In this document: in pieces, positions 17,879-24,770 of the stretch | Layout: every line of letters begins with the position of its first letter | Position numbering within the stretch: position 1 is the stretch's first letter | Assembly: GCA_964373795.1 (NCBI GenBank) | Contig: CAYJVY010000007.1 | Span: forward strand, 60,001 to 92,000 | From: an uncultured archaeon | Lineage (GTDB): Archaea > Iainarchaeota > Iainarchaeia > Iainarchaeales > DATDZZ01 | Length of the DNA: 32,000 nt | Direction: 5' to 3' | Program-made: the position numbers and the translations under genes | The notes under the pieces: model-generated | Seen by the model: only the letters and a program-made list of their open reading frames with translations | The model's database searches: none | What the model was told of the DNA's origin: nothing

Positions 17879-18775
17879 TTGATTTTCATGGCGGAACGCG
17901 GAAAACTAGTTTCAATTATTTTAATTAATTGGAATAACTATGACATGACTAAAAACTGCATTAAATCGATTAAGCAAAACACTGATTATTCTAATTATGA
18001 AATTTATTTGATTGATAATGGTTCAACTGATGGAAGTTTTGAAAAATTGAAAAAAGAATTCAAGGATTTGAAGACAATTGTGAATTCTCGTAATAAGGGA
18101 TTTGCTTATGCCTTAAATCAAGGCTATAAAACTGCTAAAGGATTTTATTTATCCCATATCAATAACGATGCAATTGTTTTAAATGGATGGCTTTCAGCTG
18201 CAATTAAAGTGCTTGAATCAAATTCAAAAATTGCTATTGCAGGCTTTAGAGAAGTATCTTTAGAACAATCAAAGAATGCTGAAGAATTGAAAAAAATTCG
18301 GGAAGAGCCAGACATTGAAAAAATGACTTTGCCTGTTGGATGGGTTACTAAAAAGAAAATGATTCAAAAAATTGGTTACTTGGATGCTGAGTTTTTTTCT
18401 CCAATTTATGGAGAAGAAGCTGACTGGAATTTTAGGGCGAGAAACATGGGTTATAAAATTGTTCGCGTAAGTAAAGCAAACGTAGTGCATTTTAGTTCAG
18501 TTGATACTAAAAAACATTTAGGTTACTCTAAATACCTTGTTTTAATTAATTATCACAGATTAAGAGCAATGTTATTTAATTTGTCTTTACTTGATTTGCT
18601 TAGATTTGTTCCGGGACTTGGATTAATTTTATTTAATTCTGTTTGGCAGGGAACACTTATTCCATTGCTTAAATCTTATTGGCTAAATTTAATGGATTGG
18701 AAATTAATTTTAAAGCAAAGAAAATTTAAAAGAAGGTTTATTCCTTTTAAGGACGAAAAGTTTACAGTAATTTAA
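17879..18775 (+). CDS. family 2 glycosyltransferase
   Basis: VSIILINWNNYDMTKNCIKSI...YLIDNGSTDGS...INNDA and EEADWNFR are typical GT2 (rhamnosyltransferase-like) motifs. The likely start is the ATG at 17888. Confidence 0.8.
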   Translation: MIFMAERGKLVSIILINWNNYDMTKNCIKSIKQNTDYSNYEIYLIDNGSTDGSFEKLKKEFKDLKTIVNSRNKGFAYALNQGYKTAKGFYLSHINNDAIVLNGWLSAAIKVLESNSKIAIAGFREVSLEQSKNAEELKKIREEPDIEKMTLPVGWVTKKKMIQKIGYLDAEFFSPIYGEEADWNFRARNMGYKIVRVSKANVVHFSSVDTKKHLGYSKYLVLINYHRLRAMLFNLSLLDLLRFVPGLGLILFNSVWQGTLIPLLKSYWLNLMDWKLILKQRKFKRRFIPFKDEKFTVI

Positions 18776-18814
18776 TATACTTATGGATGAATAAATTATT
18801 TACGAGGATAGGAA

Positions 18815-19876
18815 ATGTTTCAATCAAAACAAGCCTTAATAGCAAAAACCCTTGAGAGAGGGGGTTTGGCTGGATTAACTAATTTAGCTTTAAGGTATTA
18901 TGAAAGAAATAATCAACCAGACAAACCTCATTTTGTTCCAACTGCTTTGCAAATAGAAGTTACAACTGCTTGTAACTTGAAGTGCACAATGTGTGAGCAT
19001 ACTTACATGCAGGAAGTTGGAGGACACTTTGGTTTTAAGGAGTTCAAAAAATTATTGGATGACAATCCCACAATTCAAGTAATTAATTTAACTGGAATTG
19101 GAGAAGCTTTAATGAATCCAGAATTTTTGGAAATGGTTGAATATGCTAAAAAGAAAGGAATTTATGTATGGTTTTCAGATAATTTTACTTTAATGATTGA
19201 AAAAAACATTCAAAAAATTATAGATGTAGGGGTTGACTTTGTAGTTATTTCTTTGGATGGAACAACAAAAGAAGTGTTTGAAAAAATAAGGGTTGCAGCG
19301 AACTTTGAAAAAGTAATAGGGAATTTAAAAAATTTAATTAAAATGAGAAATGAGAGAGGATTAAAAACTCCTTTAATTGGAATTAACATGGTTGTAATGA
19401 ATGAAAACTATCACCAAATTGCTGACATGGTTAAACTTGCAAATGAACTTGGAGTAGATAAATTAATGTTTATAACAATTGTTTTATCTGATACAACTGG
19501 AAATTTATCTTTGTGGAGTGTGCCCAAAGACAAACTTCAAGCAGAAGTTGAAAAAGCAAAAAAAGCTGCTGAAGGAACAAGTATACAAGTAATTAGTTGG
19601 CCAAATGTTTCACCTGAAAGAAAAAAAGAAACAGGTTGCGACTATCCTTGGAGTAATCCCTACATTACATATAATGGAGATGTAGTTCCTTGTTGTTTTA
19701 TTCCACAACAAACAGGTGCTCGTACAAATTCAGAAAATCTTATGGGAAACATTTTGAAAGAAGACTTGAAAAAAATTTGGGTAAACGAAAAATACGAAGA
19801 ATTTAGAAAAAAAATTAAATCTAAAGATCCTCCAACTTCTTGTAAGTCTTGCCCGAAATTTTATGGACAAATTTAA
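18815..19876 (+). CDS. radical SAM protein with C-terminal SPASM/twitch-like Cys-rich domain
   Basis: CNLKCTMCEH (CxxxCxxC) near the N-terminus. The C-terminal part reads GCDYPWSNPYITYNGDVVPCCF...SCKSCPKF, giving auxiliary-cluster cysteines. Confidence 0.8.
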   Translation: MFQSKQALIAKTLERGGLAGLTNLALRYYERNNQPDKPHFVPTALQIEVTTACNLKCTMCEHTYMQEVGGHFGFKEFKKLLDDNPTIQVINLTGIGEALMNPEFLEMVEYAKKKGIYVWFSDNFTLMIEKNIQKIIDVGVDFVVISLDGTTKEVFEKIRVAANFEKVIGNLKNLIKMRNERGLKTPLIGINMVVMNENYHQIADMVKLANELGVDKLMFITIVLSDTTGNLSLWSVPKDKLQAEVEKAKKAAEGTSIQVISWPNVSPERKKETGCDYPWSNPYITYNGDVVPCCFIPQQTGARTNSENLMGNILKEDLKKIWVNEKYEEFRKKIKSKDPPTSCKSCPKFYGQI

Positions 19877-19891
19877 TTTCACGCGATCTAC

Positions 19892-21007
19892 ATGAAAATT
19901 TTATATATTACTTCTGTTTTAGGAAATATTGGTGGAAGCGAGATTTATACTAGAGATTTAATTAAGGAGCTTGCAAAAAGAGGCCATGAAATTTTTGTTG
20001 TAACAAATGCTGTTTTTCAATTTCCCGAAAAAAATGTTTCAGTTTTTAAGATTCCAATTTTTGGACATCATGCTTTTCACAAATTTCAAATGCCTTTATC
20101 ATATTTTAAAATTTTGGAAAAAGTGAAAGAGTTTCAGCCTGACATAATTCAATGTCATAGTAATTCTTTAATGGGTTTGATTGGGCATATTCTTAAAAAA
20201 AAATTTCAAATCCCAATGTTTTTATTAATTGAATCAGTTAGCGATAAGAACGCCAACATTCACACTGAATTAATTTTTCGAGTTGAAAAATTTTTAATGC
20301 CAAAACTTAATTACAATAAATTAATTGTGTGGACTGAAAACATTAAAAATAAGTTTTGCATTCCTTGGGGAATTTCTGAAAAAAAGATTAAAGTAATTCC
20401 CGCAGCACTAAATTTAAATGAGTATCCCTTAAATGCAGATAAAAAAGCACTTCAAAAAAAACACGGAAAGCATTTAATTATTTCAATTAAATCTTTATGG
20501 GGAACTAATACTGAAGGATTGAAAACCATTGTTGAAGCCATGAAATTTGTTCATGAAAAACATCCTGAATATAAATATTTAATTTTTGGGTGGGGGCCAG
20601 GAAGAAAAGATTTAGAAGAACTAGCTGAAAAACTTGGCTTGCGAGATTGTGTACAATTAATGGGTGCATTTGAAAAAAATGAAAAAAATAGTATTTTTTC
20701 AGCTGCAGAAATAACTCCTCATTCACTTGTTTATGAAGTTGCAACCTCAATTTCTTTGCTTGAATGCATGGCTTTTGGAAAAGCTTGTGTAGTAACAGAT
20801 ATTGGTGCAATTAAAGATGTAGTAAAAGATACAGCTATTTTAGTAAAGCAAAACAATCCCAAATCAATGAGTGAAGGAATAATTAAATTAATTGAAAATA
20901 CTGCATTAAGAAAAAAACTTGAAAAGAAGGCAAGAAAATTAGTTGAAAAAAAATATTCTATTCAAAGCACGGTAAATGAATTAGAAAAACTGTACTATGA
21001 TGTTTGA
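19892..21007 (+). CDS. GT4-family (GT-B) glycosyltransferase
   Basis: N-terminal MKILYITSVLGNIGGSEIYTRDL and a C-terminal E-x7-E-like region LLECMAFGKACVVTD. Confidence 0.75.
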   Translation: MKILYITSVLGNIGGSEIYTRDLIKELAKRGHEIFVVTNAVFQFPEKNVSVFKIPIFGHHAFHKFQMPLSYFKILEKVKEFQPDIIQCHSNSLMGLIGHILKKKFQIPMFLLIESVSDKNANIHTELIFRVEKFLMPKLNYNKLIVWTENIKNKFCIPWGISEKKIKVIPAALNLNEYPLNADKKALQKKHGKHLIISIKSLWGTNTEGLKTIVEAMKFVHEKHPEYKYLIFGWGPGRKDLEELAEKLGLRDCVQLMGAFEKNEKNSIFSAAEITPHSLVYEVATSISLLECMAFGKACVVTDIGAIKDVVKDTAILVKQNNPKSMSEGIIKLIENTALRKKLEKKARKLVEKKYSIQSTVNELEKLYYDV

Positions 21008-22146
21008 GTATAAATTATATTATATTTGGGGATAATGTGCATTTTTGTATTTTGGCGGAATATTCAGCAGCTAAATATTTAGAGGGAACTAATAGAATAG
21101 TTTTTGAAGTTTCAAAAACATTAGTAGAAAAAGGACACAAAGTAACTGTATTGTCACCTGCATGGAATAAAAAGTCAAACCCTTTGGATATTGATCCGTG
21201 GAAGAAAGAAGGAATTATTGTTAAGCCTTTTGAAGGTTTTTTCTTACACAATCCTTTTTTTCGGATTTTTTTTTATATTTTAGCTGGATTAAAGTCAAGT
21301 CCTACTAATTTTGATGTTTTTTTTGGAGTTTATACAGCGCCGCCTGCAATTGCCGCAATTGTTTTAGGAAGTTTATTTAGAAAGAAAAAATTTGTTGGTT
21401 TGTGGGAACCAAATACTATTGAAAAACTTAAAAACAATCCTTTTTTTAGGTTTTTTATTAAAAAAGCAGACAGAATTCAGACGTTAAGTGATTATGTAAA
21501 AAATTTAATTTCTAAATCTTTTTCATATCCAAGCAAAAAGATTTATTCAATTAAAGGATTTGTTGATACTGAAAAATTTTATCCAGAGGCAATGGATAGA
21601 AATTTAGTTAAAAAATTTGATTTGAAAAACAAATTTGTTATCTTAAGTGTTGGGAGAGTCTCAAAATTAAAAGGGAGCGATACTTTGATTAAAGCAGTAG
21701 CCAAAATAAACGATCATTCCATTAAATTATTTTTTGTAGGAAGACCAACTCCAGATTTTGATTCAAAGAAATTAGTTAAAGAGTTAGGCATTGAAAAAAA
21801 TGTCGTTTTTATTGGTTTTAAAAAACATGATTTTTTGCCTCCTTATTATAATTTATGTAATTTGTTTTCTTTACCATCTTTAAGTGAAGGGTTTGGATTA
21901 GTTGTTGCAGAAGCGCTAGCTTGTGCTAAACCTGTAATTGTCAGTGACCATGGACCTTTGCCAGAGGTTGTATCAAATGCAGGATTTGTTGTGCCAGTTA
22001 ATGATGTTGATAAATTAGCTCAGGCAATACTTAAAATTAAAAATAATTCAAATATTTTGAATTTGCAAAAAAAAGCATTAATAAGGTCAAAAGCTTTTAC
22101 TCTAGAAAATGCAATGAATAGATATTTAAACTTTTTAACAAAATAA
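21004..22146 (+). CDS. GT4-family (GT-B) glycosyltransferase
   Basis: VGRVSKLKG and PSLSEGFGLVVAEALACAKPVIVSD (E-x7-E). The TTG start overlaps the upstream stop by 4 nt. The exact start is uncertain. Confidence 0.75.
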   Translation: MSINYIIFGDNVHFCILAEYSAAKYLEGTNRIVFEVSKTLVEKGHKVTVLSPAWNKKSNPLDIDPWKKEGIIVKPFEGFFLHNPFFRIFFYILAGLKSSPTNFDVFFGVYTAPPAIAAIVLGSLFRKKKFVGLWEPNTIEKLKNNPFFRFFIKKADRIQTLSDYVKNLISKSFSYPSKKIYSIKGFVDTEKFYPEAMDRNLVKKFDLKNKFVILSVGRVSKLKGSDTLIKAVAKINDHSIKLFFVGRPTPDFDSKKLVKELGIEKNVVFIGFKKHDFLPPYYNLCNLFSLPSLSEGFGLVVAEALACAKPVIVSDHGPLPEVVSNAGFVVPVNDVDKLAQAILKIKNNSNILNLQKKALIRSKAFTLENAMNRYLNFLTK

Positions 22147-22185
22147 TTTCTAATAACTCAAATTAATTTATATTAATATTTAATT

Positions 22186-23256
22186 TTGGTGATAAAAATG
22201 AGTGAAAAAAAAGCTTTACTTACTGGTGGTGCAGGATTTATTGGAACAAATGCTGCCAATTATTTTTTGAAAAAGGGGTGGGAAATAACTATATTAGATA
22301 ACTTTTCTAGAAGGGGCACAAGAGAAAATGCTAATTGGTTAAAAAATCTTTTTCCAGAAAAACTTAAAATAGTTGAAGCAGATATTGTTACAAATTTTAA
22401 TGTGTTAAAAAGTAAAGTTAAAGAAAGTGATTTAATTATTCATTTAGCTGGACAGGTTGCTGTAACTACTTCTATTTTAAATCCGAGAGACGATTTTAAA
22501 GTGAATGCCTTAGGAACATTTAATGTTTTAGAAGCTTTAAGAAAAACAGATTCAGATGCTACATTAGTCTATCCCTCGACCAATAAAGTTTATGGAAAAA
22601 TGCAACAACTTGAAGTTCAAGAAAAAGAAACGCGCTATATATATAAAGATTATTCTAGTGGAATTCCCGAATCAATGCAGTTAGATTTTTTTTCCCCTTA
22701 TGGATGTTCTAAAGGAACTGGGGATCAATATGTGCGAGATTATGAAAGAATTTATGGTTTAAATACCGTTGTATTTAGACAAAGCTGTATTTATGGTGAA
22801 AGGCAATTTGGAATTGAAGACCAGGGATGGATTGCATGGTTTGTTATTTCCTCAATATTAGGCAAGCAAATTCATATTTATGGAAATGGAAAACAAGTTA
22901 GAGATGTATTATATGTAAATGATTTAATTGAAGCATATGAATTGGCACATCAAAAAATTAGTTTTTGTAGAGGACAGATTTTCAATATTGGAGGAGGAAC
23001 AGACAGATCAATGAGTTTATTAGAGTTACTTAGTTTTTTGGAAGAACTTGTTGGGAGAAAAATGAATTATATTTTTGAAGATCAACGACCCGGAGATCAA
23101 TTAATTTATATTAGTGATATTTCTAAAGTTCACGATAAGCTTGGTTGGACTCCTAAAACAAGTGTAAATGAAGGTGTGAAAAAATTAGTTGATTGGGTTT
23201 TTGAAAACCAAAAGTTAGTGAAAACTGTTTTAGCAGATTTATTGAAAAAAGTTTAA
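22186..23256 (+). CDS. CDP-paratose 2-epimerase-like SDR
   Basis: [18 protein letters not shown]...LDNFSRRG...NWLK, HLAGQVAVTTS, STNKVYG and SPYGCSKGTGDQY...FRQSCIYGERQFG.EDQGW closely follow the pattern I recall for RfbE/Tyv-type 2-epimerases. The likely start is the ATG at 22198. Confidence 0.7.
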   Translation: MVIKMSEKKALLTGGAGFIGTNAANYFLKKGWEITILDNFSRRGTRENANWLKNLFPEKLKIVEADIVTNFNVLKSKVKESDLIIHLAGQVAVTTSILNPRDDFKVNALGTFNVLEALRKTDSDATLVYPSTNKVYGKMQQLEVQEKETRYIYKDYSSGIPESMQLDFFSPYGCSKGTGDQYVRDYERIYGLNTVVFRQSCIYGERQFGIEDQGWIAWFVISSILGKQIHIYGNGKQVRDVLYVNDLIEAYELAHQKISFCRGQIFNIGGGTDRSMSLLELLSFLEELVGRKMNYIFEDQRPGDQLIYISDISKVHDKLGWTPKTSVNEGVKKLVDWVFENQKLVKTVLADLLKKV

Positions 23257-23293
23257 AGTAATGATCATTTTTTATGAGGGCATTACTCAATTT

Positions 23294-23306
23294 TAAAAAC
23301 TTTACT
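23294..23306 (+). promoter_or_regulatory. BRE/TATA-like box TAAAAACTTTACT upstream of the orphan rfbB fragment
   Basis: It ends 16 nt before the GTG at 23323. The upstream ATTACT element is also shared with the 24677 and 12429 copies. Confidence 0.3.
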
Positions 23307-23352
23307 AGAATCTATTAAGTACGTGGGCAGAACTTTTCTTATTACGGGTGGT

Positions 23353-23577
23353 GCAGGATTTATTGGTTCGAATTATGTTGAATTTCATTTAAATAAATAT
23401 CCTGAAGATGAGGTAATTGTTTTGGATAAATTAACTTATGCTGGTAGAAAAGAAAATTTAAAAGAATTTGAGTCAAACTCAAATTTTGAATTTGTTAAAG
23501 GAGACATTTGTAATAAAAAATTGGTTGAAAAACTGGTTAAAGATGTTGATGTTGTAATTAATTTTGCTGCTGAAACT
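23353..23577 (+). repeat. 225-bp perfect direct repeat, copy 1
   Basis: Compared base by base with 24757-24981, and identical throughout. Confidence 0.95.
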
Positions 23578-23584
23578 ATGACAA

Positions 23585-23686
23585 TATGCAACAAGAATCA
23601 TACTTCAAAACACAACTATGCAACCAACTACTCTAACTACAAACCAGTTAAGCCAACATGCTCAACAAAACCACAAGTTATGCAAC
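23585..23686. repeat. three exact TATGCAAC octamers in a C-rich, G-poor block
   Basis: TATGCAAC occurs at 23585-23592, 23617-23624 and 23679-23686, each in a different reading frame. A 7/8 copy, TATGCAAA, is at 23730-23737. Confidence 0.6.
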
Positions 23687-23836
23687 AGAGCATCACTCCT
23701 CGCCGATGAATTAATTTTTTAATCCTTTCTATGCAAACTTTGTGATTAGGTTATGGTGGAGAAGAAAAGAATAATGAAAAAATGGCGAATCTTTCTTGAA
23801 ACCATTTTTAAATGTAGAAAAAACAGAGTTGTTTAA

Positions 23837-24511
23837 ATGAAAACCAATCAAACATTTGAAAGCAAAGATCTTAAGGAGCAAAAAGAATATGCAGAACATT
23901 ATGAGGAATTTTCAGAACTGGAACTATTTAATATAAAAATTCTTAAAAAAATAGCCAAACACCTAAAAGAGCCCATACTTGATGTTGGTTGTTTTACTGG
24001 GAGGAAAGCAGCGTTTTTTTATGAAAATGGGTATAAGGATATTTCTGGATGTGATATTTCAAATAACTCCATCAAACAAGCAAAAAAATCATACCCCTTC
24101 ATAAACTTCTTCCAACATGATATGGTAAAAAGTTCAACAAGTGAAAAATACAATTCAGTAATCTGCTTTCAAACAATTGAGCACATTTTTAACTATCATA
24201 GATTCTTAAAAAATATTGTTGGTTCATTGAACAATGGAGGAGTGGCGGTTATTGAAACGCCCAATGCGTGCAGCATAATTACTAGAGCAAGGCTACTACT
24301 TGGTGATGCTAGGAATTTTACAGGAAACATTGATGAGTCACATATAAGGTTTTTCAGTAAGACCTGTCTAGAGAAAGCAATGGAAAAACAAGGGATGACT
24401 ATTGTTCAGTCGTTTGGCTACAATATTAGGCCAATTGTCAAACCAATTGAGTTTATTTCTTCAACTAGTTGGAAAGAAGTGCTTGTTGTAATTGCAAAAA
24501 AACAACTCTAA
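23837..24511 (+). CDS. class I SAM-dependent methyltransferase
   Basis: SAM-binding motif ILDVGCFTGRKAAFF...GCDIS and motif II/III region YNSVICFQTIEHI...LNNGGVAVIETP. It lies inside the insert between the two rfbB repeat copies. Confidence 0.75.
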   Translation: MKTNQTFESKDLKEQKEYAEHYEEFSELELFNIKILKKIAKHLKEPILDVGCFTGRKAAFFYENGYKDISGCDISNNSIKQAKKSYPFINFFQHDMVKSSTSEKYNSVICFQTIEHIFNYHRFLKNIVGSLNNGGVAVIETPNACSIITRARLLLGDARNFTGNIDESHIRFFSKTCLEKAMEKQGMTIVQSFGYNIRPIVKPIEFISSTSWKEVLVVIAKKQL

Positions 24512-24523
24512 AAAACTCACAAA

Positions 24524-24531
24524 TTTTTTTT
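24524..24531 (+). terminator. oligo-T tract after the methyltransferase gene
   Basis: A T8 run lies 13 nt downstream of the TAA at 24509-24511. Oligo-T is the usual archaeal termination signal. Confidence 0.3.
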
Positions 24532-24606
24532 ATGCTGATTTAGGCGTCCCAGTCTAGAAAAATTGTGAAACTCCTGTTGTAATTAAAATCTAGATTTATA
24601 TTACCA

Positions 24607-24770
24607 AATAAAACTTTAAAGAGGTTATTAGTACAAAAACTCAAATTATTTCCCCCAACTTATGTTGCAAATTTGTATTACTAGGATATAAAAACTTTAA
24701 CTCACTAGTTAAATAATAATATGAATACATTAAAAACTGTTTTAGTTACAGGGGGAGCAGGATTTATTGG
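24607..24770 (+). repeat. inverted repeat arm R (promoter region plus first about 17 codons of rfbB)
   Basis: See arm L. The encoded N-terminus [17 protein letters not shown] is identical in both genes. Confidence 0.85.
24688..24701 (+). promoter_or_regulatory. BRE/TATA-like box ATAAAAACTTTAAC upstream of rfbB
   Basis: It ends 19 nt before the ATG at 24721. The same box on the minus strand at 12405-12418 ends 18 nt before the ATG at 12386. Confidence 0.4.

Larger units (their letters stand above)
23323..23709 (+). pseudogene. orphan 5' fragment of dTDP-glucose 4,6-dehydratase fused to non-homologous sequence
   Basis: Residues ...GAGFIGSNYVEFHLNKY...VVINFAAET are nucleotide-identical to rfbB at 24757-24981. 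After AAET the ORF departs from the expected HVDRS into a G-poor tail (MTICNKNHTSKHNY...) and stops at 23707-23709. Confidence 0.85.

Noticed and set aside
18776-18814. Search for a RiPP precursor peptide next to the SPASM radical SAM gene
   Set aside because: The flanking spacers are 39 nt and 15 nt and contain only a 3-codon ORF. No Cys-, Ser- or Thr-rich small ORF is present on either strand nearby.
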